Shown: piece by piece, positions 1 through 7,737 of the stretch
Layout of the letters: the number at the start of each line of letters is the position of its first letter
Position numbering within the stretch: position 1 is the stretch's first letter
Assembly (NCBI GenBank): GCA_033764495.1
Contig: JANRIY010000050.1
Span: forward strand, 8,617-72,616
DNA length: 64,000 nucleotides
Direction: 5' to 3'
From: Sphingopyxis sp.
GTDB lineage: Bacteria > Pseudomonadota > Alphaproteobacteria > Sphingomonadales > Sphingomonadaceae
The notes under the pieces: model-generated
The model's input: only the letters and a program-made list of their open reading frames with translations
Databases searched by the model: none
Told to the model about the DNA's origin: nothing
Position numbers and translations under genes: made by a program

Positions 1-137
1 CGCGCATGGCCGAATATCGCGCCAAGACCGCGCCAATCCTGCCGATCTATGAGAGCCGCGGCATTGTCGCGCGCGTCGACGGTATGGCCAGCATGGATGC
101 GGTGGGCGAAGCCATTGAGGCCATTATCAAAAAATAA
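1..137 (+). CDS. adk: adenylate kinase, C-terminal fragment (5' end outside the window)
   Basis: Frame 3 reads MAEYRAKTAPILPIYESRGIVARVDGMASMDAVGEAIEAIIKK, then TAA at 135-137. The pattern Y..T.P....Y...G....VDG fits the conserved Adk C-terminus. Absent from the ORF track because the true start is off-window. Confidence 0.7.
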   Translation, partial: RMAEYRAKTAPILPIYESRGIVARVDGMASMDAVGEAIEAIIKK

Positions 138-140
138 CCT

Positions 141-247
141 CGTCATTCCCGCGCAGGCGGGAATCCATCTCCGGCTGTCGCCTTTCCTCCAAACTTGCGT
201 TAATCGGCACGCTTGGGAGATGGCTTCCCGCTTTCGCGGGAATGACG
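141..247. repeat. REPIN/MITE-like palindromic element (two inverted 32-nt arms around a 43-nt core)
   Basis: 141-172 and the reverse complement of 216-247 agree at 29/32 positions. Each arm has its own GC hairpin (145-164 and 225-242). Lies in the adk/SRPBCC intergenic space. Confidence 0.8.
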
Positions 248-261
248 AAGGGGGCTGAAGA

Positions 262-903
262 ATGCGCAAATCGAGATGGTTCGCTATGGCGTTGGGTCTC
301 GCCTTCGCCCCACTCCCCGCCGCCGCCAAGGTCATCGACCAGAGCGACGCCGGCTTCACCGCCGCGCACAGCGCGCGCGTCGCGGCCAGTCCTGCCGATG
401 TCTGGAAAATGTTGCGCGCCCCGCAAAATTGGTGGTCGGGCGAACATAGCTGGTCGGGTGATGCCGCCAATTTCTGGATGGACGCGCAGGCGGGCGGCTG
501 CTTCTGCGAAAAATTGCCCGGCGGCGAAGGCCTGCTCGGCAGCGTCCAGCATGCACGGATCCTCTTTGCCAAGCCTGGCGAGCTGCTCCGCCTGTCGGGC
601 GCGTTCGGCCCGCTGCAGGGCGAGGCGGTCACTGGCACGCTCACCATCCAGATCAAGGCCATGGAGGGCGGCAGCATCATCCGCTTCGACTATGTCGTCG
701 GCGGCTATATGCGCTTCAAGGTTGCCGACATCGCCCCCGCTGTCGACGGCGTGATTGGCCAGCAGCTCGCTGGCCTTGCTAAGGCACTGGGTGGCGCGCT
801 GCCCGCCGAGGGCGCGGCGGCAAAAGAGGAAGGCGATCTGGCCGCTACCGCCAAGGCGCTGGCAGAGGACGCGAAAAAGGAAGAGGAAGCGCCGGAAGAT
901 TGA
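262..903 (+). CDS. exported SRPBCC/Aha1-like (START-fold) domain protein
   Basis: ATG at 262. Signal-peptide-like N-terminus MRKSRWFAMALGLAFAPLPAAA. The body resembles the SRPBCC/activator-of-Hsp90-ATPase family. Lys/Glu/Ala-rich C-terminal tail. GC-rich third codon positions. Confidence 0.55.
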   Translation: MRKSRWFAMALGLAFAPLPAAAKVIDQSDAGFTAAHSARVAASPADVWKMLRAPQNWWSGEHSWSGDAANFWMDAQAGGCFCEKLPGGEGLLGSVQHARILFAKPGELLRLSGAFGPLQGEAVTGTLTIQIKAMEGGSIIRFDYVVGGYMRFKVADIAPAVDGVIGQQLAGLAKALGGALPAEGAAAKEEGDLAATAKALAEDAKKEEEAPED

Positions 904-930
904 CCGCGGGCGCTGATTTCGTTCCCTCTT

Positions 931-1002
931 TTCGTCATCCTGAACTTGTTTCAGGATAACGAACCACAGCCTGTTGTCCTGAAACACGTTCAGGACGACG
1001 AA
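931..1002. repeat. REP doublet (REPIN-like), family CGTCRTSCYGAAC-TTG-TTTCRGSAYRAC
   Basis: 931-960 and the reverse complement of 973-1002 agree at 27/30 positions. Each arm is an 8-bp hairpin. Sits between the convergent stops at 903 (+) and 1008 (-). Confidence 0.8.
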
Positions 1003-1007
1003 CTATC

Positions 1008-1520
1008 CTATATCTTCTTCAACCCCGCCAGCGCCGCAAACGGCCCGGCCTGATCCTCGCGCAGCACGCCGCGCTCCGCCAGAATGCGGTCGGCATCGGG
1101 ATGGCGCGGAAAAGGATCGAGCGCCAGCGCCAGTGACTGGACCGCGGCTTCGCCAACATCGACCCCGCCGGGCTCGAGCGGCATGATATCCAAATCGGCA
1201 TCGCCCAGCTCAACCTCGGCATCGGCCTCGTCGGGAAGGCTGAGCGCCGCGACATAGCGCAGCGCAAAGGGTTCAGTCAGCGTGGCGGCCACGGGCAGGC
1301 TTGTCGCGGCGCAGGCCTGAACCACATCAGCGGCTACCGTGCCCTTCAGCAGCGCCCCGCCGGCCACCGGCTCGAGCGTAGCGGTAACCTCGAACCGGTC
1401 CAGCGCCTCCAGCCCCAGCCGCGCTGCCACCCGCGCCCGCGCCTCGGCATCGGCGACGACCGCAATCGGCCCCGTCCGCCCGATCGCATCCTGCGCCACC
1501 AGATGCGAAAATTCGCTCAT
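1008..1520 (-). CDS. YceD/DUF177 family protein (large-subunit rRNA accumulation protein)
   Basis: 170-aa acidic protein, MSEFSHLV...ATLTEPFALRYV...DIMPLEPGGVDVGEAAVQSLALALDPFPRHPD, typical of DUF177. Its start overlaps the upstream gene's stop by 4 nt. Confidence 0.7.
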   Translation of the reverse strand: MSEFSHLVAQDAIGRTGPIAVVADAEARARVAARLGLEALDRFEVTATLEPVAGGALLKGTVAADVVQACAATSLPVAATLTEPFALRYVAALSLPDEADAEVELGDADLDIMPLEPGGVDVGEAAVQSLALALDPFPRHPDADRILAERGVLREDQAGPFAALAGLKKI

Positions 1521-2041
1521 GCAGGCAGCCGCTCCGCCGCGACCAGTTCGGCCACCGGCATTGCCGCCAGCGCAGCGCGCAGCGCGGTCACTTCCGCCAG
1601 CACATGCGCCATCGCTTCCGGCGCGGGCGCTTCGCCGCGATACAGGTTGCGCAGCAGCGCCGCCTCCATCGCCGCCGGGTCGCTCGCGCCATCGCGATAG
1701 GCCCCCAGCCGGCCCCCCAGCGCGCTCATAATTTGGCCGATCTGTTTGCCGACGATCAGGTCGCCAAAGCCGATCTGGCGCATCTGTCCGTCCATATCGT
1801 CGACGAATATCTCGGTCAGCAACACGCCGTCGCGCCCATGCTCGGGCGCTTCCTCGATGCGAAGCAGCACTTGGGCCAGCACCAGCGCGACCATGTCAAA
1901 GCGTCCGTCGAGCGTGTCGGCGACGCCGCCGCGCCGATACCAATGCTCCTCGCGCGCGCGGGCCACAACGGCGTGCCACAAGGGGCGCAGGGCATCGCGC
2001 GGGTCGGCGGCGCGGCGAAACAGTCGATCAAACAGGGCCAT
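1517..2041 (-). CDS. ubiquinol-cytochrome c chaperone (Cbp3-like) family protein
   Basis: I use the internal ATG at 2039-2041 (MALFDRLFRRAADPRDALRPLWHAVVARAREEHWY...). The longer ORF-track N-terminus (to 2239) is Arg/Ala-rich and runs into the divergent bamE promoter region. Confidence 0.6.
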   Translation of the reverse strand: MALFDRLFRRAADPRDALRPLWHAVVARAREEHWYRRGGVADTLDGRFDMVALVLAQVLLRIEEAPEHGRDGVLLTEIFVDDMDGQMRQIGFGDLIVGKQIGQIMSALGGRLGAYRDGASDPAAMEAALLRNLYRGEAPAPEAMAHVLAEVTALRAALAAMPVAELVAAERLPA

Positions 2042-2186
2042 GGCCCGCGCATAGCGATTTCCGCGCGCCAGCGAAAGCCGTCCACAAAGCCGTTCACCGG
2101 GGCGACAAGCGGCTTGTGCGAGGGAAGCGCTTGCGGCTAAGCGGGGCGGTACCGCAGCGCGCCGCGCCGCACGGGAGAATTTGTTG

Positions 2187-2651
2187 ATGCATGCCAGCCG
2201 TTTTCGCACCGCCATCGTCGGCGGCCTGATCGTCACCACCTTGCTCAGCGGCTGTGCGCAATTGCGCGGGCGGCAGGGCTATGTCGTCGATCCGGTGCTC
2301 GCCGATTCGGTGACCGCTGGCGTCGACAACCGCGAATCGGTGGAAAAAACGCTGGGTCGCCCGACGTTCGTGGGCCAATTTTCGGACCGCGACTATTTCT
2401 ATGTCGCGCGCGAAACCCGCCAGCTTGCCTTTGCCAATCCGCGCCCGGTGGCGCAGATTGTCATGCACGTGAAGTTCGACGCGGCGGGCAATGTCACCGC
2501 GGTCGAGCGCACCGGCCTCGAAAATGTCGTGCGTTTGAGCCCCGAGGGCGACAAAACGCCGACGCTGGGCCGCGAACGCAGCTTCTTTGAGGATATCTTC
2601 GGCAACATCGGCGCGGTCGGCGCGCCGGGCGCCGGAGCGCCGCAGCAGTAA
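2187..2651 (+). CDS. bamE: outer membrane protein assembly factor BamE (SmpA/OmlA lipoprotein)
   Basis: ATG at 2187 lies 8 nt after GGGAGA (2173-2178). Lipobox LLSGC. The motif G.VVD......V..G.....V...LG.P is typical of BamE. Confidence 0.75.
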   Translation: MHASRFRTAIVGGLIVTTLLSGCAQLRGRQGYVVDPVLADSVTAGVDNRESVEKTLGRPTFVGQFSDRDYFYVARETRQLAFANPRPVAQIVMHVKFDAAGNVTAVERTGLENVVRLSPEGDKTPTLGRERSFFEDIFGNIGAVGAPGAGAPQQ

Positions 2652-2656
2652 CCGCT

Positions 2657-2684
2657 GTCCTGAGCCCGTCGAAGGGTCCGGGAC
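2657..2684. repeat. GC-rich hairpin between the convergent bamE and maeB genes (REP-like, no U-tract)
   Basis: GTCCTGAGCCC-GTCGAA-GGGTCCGGGAC gives about 9 pairs including wobbles. No flanking T-run on either strand. Confidence 0.4.
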
Positions 2685-2696
2685 GATAAGGCGGAC

Positions 2697-4961
2697 CTAA
2701 ACCGCAATCCCTCCCGCCGCCAGCACCGCCAGCGTCACCAGTTCTGACGCGGGCGACGCCATCGTTGCGATCTGCACCGGATATTTCATGTTCAGCAGCA
2801 TCGGGCCGATAATGGTTCCGCTGCCCAGCTCGCGCAGCAGCTTGGCGGACAGGTTCCCCGATTGCAGCCCCGGCATGATCAGCACATTGGCCGGCCCCGA
2901 CAGGCGGCAAAAGGGATAATTTTTCATCACATTGGGATTGAGCGCGACGTCGGGGGCCATCTCGCCTTCATATTCAAACCCCGGCGCGCGCGCGTCGAGC
3001 GCGCCCACCGCGCCGCGGATGCTGTCGAGCCAATTGCCCTCAGGATTGCCAAAGGTCGAATAGGACAGGAACGCCACGCGCGGCTCGTGCCCCATCGCGC
3101 GCGCCACCATTGCCGTGCGCTCGGCAATGTCGGCGAGCTGCTCGGACGTCGGCCGTTCGTTGACCGTGGTGTCGGCCAGGAAGATCGTCTGGTGCTGGCC
3201 GACAAAAATATGCACGCCCAGCGGCGTCTTGCCCGCGGCGGGGTCGATCACGCGCTTCACCTCGCGCAGCGTCTGGGCATAGGTGCGCGTCACCCCGGTG
3301 ATCATCGCGTCGGCCAGCCCCATTTTCAGCATCAGCGCGGCAAAGGTGTTGCGGTCGCGGTTGACCATCCGTTCGCAGTCGCGGCGCAGATAGCCGCGCC
3401 GCTGCAGCCGCGCATACAGCATCTCGACCATTTCGGGCACGTGCGGCGAATTGGTGCTGTTGTGAATCTCGAATTCGTCGGCGTTGGGCACCCCCATCTC
3501 CACCAACCGCTCGCGCGTCCAGTCGCGCCCGACCAGCACGGGGATGCCATAACCGCCATCGCGGAACTGGATCGCGGCGCGCAGCACCACCTCCTCTTCG
3601 CCTTCGGCAAACACCACGCGCTTGGGGTTCGCCTTGGCGGCGTCATAGGCCAGCGTCAGCACCGATGTCGTGGGGTTGAGCCGCGCGCGCAGCGACCGCG
3701 CATAGGCCTCGAAATCTTCGATCGGCTTTTGCGCGACGCCCGATTCCATCGCCGCCTTCGCGACCGCGCAGGGGACAATTTCCATCAGCCGCGGGTCAAA
3801 GGGCGACGGGATGATATAATCGGGGCCAAAGCTCGACGCCCGCCCGCCATAGGCCGCCGCGACCTCCTCGGGCACCTGCTGGCGCGCCAGCTCGGCAATG
3901 GCGTGCGCGGCAGCGATTTTCATCGCATCGTTGATCGTGGTTGCGCGCACATCCAGCGCGCCGCGAAAGATGAAGGGGAAACACAGGACATTGTTGACCT
4001 GGTTGGGATAATCCGACCGCCCCGTGGCGATAATCGCATCGGGCCGCGCCGCACGCGCGTCGGGGGGTGAAATTTCGGGGTCGGGGTTGGCCATCGCAAA
4101 GATGATCGGCGCGGCCTTCATGTCCCGCACCATCTCGGGCTTCAGCGCGCCTGCCGCCGATAACCCCAGGAAAATATCGGCATCGACCAGCGCCTCGGTC
4201 AGCGTGCGGGCCTTGGTCGGAATCGCATGCGCCGATTTCCACTGGTCCATGCTTTCGGTGCGGCCCTGATAAATCACGCCCTTGCGGTCGCACATCGTCA
4301 CATTTTCGTGTCGCACCCCCATCGCCTTCATCAGCTCGGTGCAGGCAATCGCCGCTGCCCCCGCGCCGTTGACGACGACCTTCACTTCGTCGAGCTTGCG
4401 CCCGGTCAGGAAACAGGCGTTGATGATCCCGGCGGCGGAAATGATCGCGGTGCCATGCTGGTCGTCGTGGAACACCGGAATGTTCATGCGCTCGTGCAGC
4501 GCTTGCTCGATGATGAAGCAATTGGGCGCGGCAATGTCTTCCAGATTGATGCCGCCAAAGCTCGGCTCGAGCAGCGCGACGGCGTCGATAAACGCCTGCG
4601 GGTCCTCGGTCGCAACTTCCAGATCGATGGAATCGACGTCGGCAAAGCGCTTGAACAGCACCGCCTTGCCCTCCATCACCGGCTTCGACGCCAGCGCGCC
4701 CAAATTGCCCAGCCCCAAAATCGCGGTGCCATTCGAAATCACCGCGACCAGATTGCCCTTGGCGGTATATTCATACGCCGCCGCCGGGTCTTCGGCGATC
4801 GCGCGTACCGGCACCGCGACGCCGGGCGAATAAGCCAGCGACAAATCGCGCTGCGTCGCCATCGGCTTCGACGCAATAATCTCGATTTTCCCTGGCCGCC
4901 CCATGGAATGAAACAGCAGCGCCTCGCGGTCCGAAAACTGCACCTTGCTCTCGTCGCTCAT
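2697..4961 (-). CDS. maeB: NADP-dependent malic enzyme (malic enzyme domain plus phosphate-acetyltransferase-like domain)
   Basis: 754 aa, with an N-terminus typical of MaeB (LLFHSMGRPGKIEI...DLSLAYSPGVA) and a PTA-like C-terminal half. Confidence 0.95.
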   Translation of the reverse strand: MSDESKVQFSDREALLFHSMGRPGKIEIIASKPMATQRDLSLAYSPGVAVPVRAIAEDPAAAYEYTAKGNLVAVISNGTAILGLGNLGALASKPVMEGKAVLFKRFADVDSIDLEVATEDPQAFIDAVALLEPSFGGINLEDIAAPNCFIIEQALHERMNIPVFHDDQHGTAIISAAGIINACFLTGRKLDEVKVVVNGAGAAAIACTELMKAMGVRHENVTMCDRKGVIYQGRTESMDQWKSAHAIPTKARTLTEALVDADIFLGLSAAGALKPEMVRDMKAAPIIFAMANPDPEISPPDARAARPDAIIATGRSDYPNQVNNVLCFPFIFRGALDVRATTINDAMKIAAAHAIAELARQQVPEEVAAAYGGRASSFGPDYIIPSPFDPRLMEIVPCAVAKAAMESGVAQKPIEDFEAYARSLRARLNPTTSVLTLAYDAAKANPKRVVFAEGEEEVVLRAAIQFRDGGYGIPVLVGRDWTRERLVEMGVPNADEFEIHNSTNSPHVPEMVEMLYARLQRRGYLRRDCERMVNRDRNTFAALMLKMGLADAMITGVTRTYAQTLREVKRVIDPAAGKTPLGVHIFVGQHQTIFLADTTVNERPTSEQLADIAERTAMVARAMGHEPRVAFLSYSTFGNPEGNWLDSIRGAVGALDARAPGFEYEGEMAPDVALNPNVMKNYPFCRLSGPANVLIMPGLQSGNLSAKLLRELGSGTIIGPMLLNMKYPVQIATMASPASELVTLAVLAAGGIAV

Positions 4962-5091
4962 ATCCCGTGCCCCCGTTTCGTGCGCCGTAAAGCGACCCTA
5001 TGACCGGGGCGTGGCAAGGGCAAGGGGGGCGGGGCGATACTGGCGCGCGGCCCTTGCGGACCTATGGCTCTGCGCCCTAAGCAGATGGCGC

Positions 5092-7737
5092 ATGTCATCC
5101 GCCCCCGCCTTGACCATCTCATCCGCCCCCGCCACCCCGATGATGGCGCAATATTGGGCGCTCAAGGCCGAAGCCCCCGATTGCCTGCTCTTCTATCGCA
5201 TGGGCGATTTCTTCGAGCTGTTCTTTGATGATGCGCGGGCCGCCGCCGCGACGCTTGATATCGCGCTCACATCGCGCGGTGAGCATGGCGGCGAAGCGGT
5301 GCCGATGTGCGGGGTGCCGGTGCATGCGGCGGAGGCCTATCTTGCGCGCCTGATCCGCGCCGGGCACCGCGTCGCCATCGCCGAACAGGTCGAAACCCCC
5401 GCCGAGGCGAAGGCGCGCGGCGGGTCGAAAGCGCTCGTCGCGCGCGCCATCGTGCGCTTTGTCACCGCGGGCACGCTGACCGAAGAGACATTGCTTGAGG
5501 GGCGCAGCGCCAACCGCCTCGCCGCACTGGCGAGCATTGCCGCGACCGGCGAAACCGCCATCGCCGCCGCCGATATTTCAACGGGGCGCTTCGAAGTAGT
5601 GCTCACCGATGCGGGCCGCGTCGAGGCCGAACTCGCGCGCCTCGCCCCCAGCGAAATACTGGTGGCGGAAGGGCAGGCCGTCCCCGCCCCGTTCGCCGCG
5701 CGCGCCATCGAACGGCCCGCATCCGACTTCGCCAGCGCTGCCGCGGCCAAGCGGCTGCAGGCGCGCTTCGGCGTCGCGACGCTCGACGGCTTTGGCGATT
5801 TCGCGCGCGCCGAACTTGCCGCAATGGGCGCGCTCGACGCCTATCTCGGCCATGTCGGGCGCGGCAGCGCGGTGTTTTTGCAGGCGCCCGTGCGCGCGGC
5901 GGCCGGCGGCGTCATGGCCATCGATGCCGCGACGCGCGACAGTCTGGAGCTGACCCGCACCGCCGACGGCCAGCGCGGCGGCAGCCTGCTCGCCGCCATC
6001 GACCGCACCGTGACCGCGGGCGGCGCGCGCCAGCTCGCTGACGATATCGCCGCGCCGCTCACCGATAGGGCCGCCATCACCGACCGGCTCGACCTCGTCG
6101 ACTGGTTCGCGCGCAATGCCTTGCTGCGCGCCGAGGTGCGCGATGCCCTGCGCGCGCTGCCCGACGCCGCGCGGGCGCTCGGGCGGCTGGTGGCAGGGCG
6201 CGGCAGCCCGCGCGATCTTGCCCAGCTGCGCGATGCGCTCGGCGGCGCGCGGCGGCTGCGCGAACGGCTCGGCGCCTTGGCGCAGCGCCCTGCATTGCTC
6301 GATGCCATCCTCCCAGCGCTCGACGGGCACGGTGCGCTTGTCGATGAACTCACCCGCGCGCTGGTGGAAAGTCCGCCGCTCGATGCGGCCCAAGGCGGCT
6401 ATATCGCCGAAGGTTACGACCACGCGCTCGACGCGCTGCGCCACACGGCGCGCGACGGGCGGCAGGCGATTGCCGCGCTCGAGGCCGATTACCGCGCGCG
6501 CACTGGCATCGCCGGGCTCAAAATCCGCCATAACGGCGTGCTCGGCTATCATGTCGAGGTGACGGCGAAGGCCGCCGATGCGCTGATGGCGCCCACATCG
6601 GGCTTCACGCACCGCCAGACGCTCGCCGGGGTGGTGCGCTTCAACGCGCCCGACCTCCACGAAGCCGCGCTGCGCGTGACGCAGGCCGGCGCGCACGCGC
6701 TGGCCGCCGAAGCGGCGCATCTGGAGGCGCTGACCGCGCTTGCCGTCGCCCGCCGCGAGGCCATTGCGCGCAGCTGCGATGCGCTCGCCCGCATCGATGT
6801 TGCCGCCGCGCACGCCGACCATGCCATGACCCACGGCTGGTGCCGCCCCGGGCTGACCGATGACAATGTGCTCGCCATCACCGGCGGTCGTCACCCCGTG
6901 GTCGAAGCGGCGCTGGCGGCGCGCAGCGAACAGTTCGTCCCCAACGATCTGGCTTTGTCGCCAAGCGACCGGCTGTGGCTGGTCACCGGCCCCAATATGG
7001 GCGGGAAATCGACCTTCCTGCGGCAAAATGCGCTGATCATTGTGCTCGCGCAGGCGGGGGCATTTGTGCCCGCGTCGGCGGCCACCATCGGCCTCACCGA
7101 CCGGCTGTTCAGCCGCGTCGGCGCCAGCGACAATCTGGCACGCGGACGCTCGACCTTCATGGTCGAAATGGTCGAAACCGCTGCGATCCTCGCGCAGGCG
7201 ACGCCGCGCAGTTTCGTGATTTTGGACGAAGTCGGTCGCGGCACGTCAACTTACGACGGCCTCGCGCTGGCCTGGGCGGTGGTCGAGGCGGTGCACGAGG
7301 TCAACCGCTGCCGCTGCCTGTTCGCGACCCATTATCACGAATTGACGCGCCTTGCCGAGACGCTGGACGCGCTCTCGCTCCACCATGTCCGCGCGCGCGA
7401 ATGGCAGGGCGATCTGGTGCTGCTCCACGAACTCGCCGATGGCCCCGCCGACCGCAGCTACGGCCTCGCCGTCGCGCGCCTCGCCGGGGTCGCCCCGCGC
7501 GTCGTCCAGCGCGCCGAAGCGGTGCTCGCCAAGCTCGAGGCCGGGCGCGCCGCCACCGGCGGGCTCGCAGCGGGGCTCGACGATCTGCCCCTCTTTGCCG
7601 CAACCGTCGCTGAGGCGCCCGCGCCACCAACCGACGCGCTGCGCGACGCGCTCGCGGATATTCAGCCCGACAGCCTGACCCCGCGCGACGCGCTGGAACT
7701 GCTCTATCGGCTTAAGGGTCTGGCAGACGGGGCATGA
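5092..7737 (+). CDS. mutS: DNA mismatch repair protein MutS
   Basis: ATG at 5092 (MSSAPALTISSAPATPMMAQYWALKAEAPDCLLFYRMGDFFELF). Walker A GPNMGGKST. Stop at 7735-7737. Confidence 0.95.
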   Translation: MSSAPALTISSAPATPMMAQYWALKAEAPDCLLFYRMGDFFELFFDDARAAAATLDIALTSRGEHGGEAVPMCGVPVHAAEAYLARLIRAGHRVAIAEQVETPAEAKARGGSKALVARAIVRFVTAGTLTEETLLEGRSANRLAALASIAATGETAIAAADISTGRFEVVLTDAGRVEAELARLAPSEILVAEGQAVPAPFAARAIERPASDFASAAAAKRLQARFGVATLDGFGDFARAELAAMGALDAYLGHVGRGSAVFLQAPVRAAAGGVMAIDAATRDSLELTRTADGQRGGSLLAAIDRTVTAGGARQLADDIAAPLTDRAAITDRLDLVDWFARNALLRAEVRDALRALPDAARALGRLVAGRGSPRDLAQLRDALGGARRLRERLGALAQRPALLDAILPALDGHGALVDELTRALVESPPLDAAQGGYIAEGYDHALDALRHTARDGRQAIAALEADYRARTGIAGLKIRHNGVLGYHVEVTAKAADALMAPTSGFTHRQTLAGVVRFNAPDLHEAALRVTQAGAHALAAEAAHLEALTALAVARREAIARSCDALARIDVAAAHADHAMTHGWCRPGLTDDNVLAITGGRHPVVEAALAARSEQFVPNDLALSPSDRLWLVTGPNMGGKSTFLRQNALIIVLAQAGAFVPASAATIGLTDRLFSRVGASDNLARGRSTFMVEMVETAAILAQATPRSFVILDEVGRGTSTYDGLALAWAVVEAVHEVNRCRCLFATHYHELTRLAETLDALSLHHVRAREWQGDLVLLHELADGPADRSYGLAVARLAGVAPRVVQRAEAVLAKLEAGRAATGGLAAGLDDLPLFAATVAEAPAPPTDALRDALADIQPDSLTPRDALELLYRLKGLADGA

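Noticed and set aside
49-987. ORFs 49..258 (+) and 127..987 (-), which span the first two intergenic regions.
   Set aside because: Their translations (VIPAQAGIH, RFRGNDE, ILKQVQDDE) are read-throughs of the REP hairpins. The rest is antisense to the SRPBCC gene.
4945-5091. Long N-terminal extensions offered by the ORF track: mutS from 4945, Cbp3-like to 2239, MoxR from 16493, yggS to 36973, RDD from 20054, nitroreductase from 20799, ssb from 55790, feoA from 53531 and rpmI to 14738.
   Set aside because: The extensions are low-complexity, overlap neighbouring genes or promoters, and precede internal starts that reproduce the conserved family N-termini (for example MFTGII for RibE and MPKMKTK for L35).
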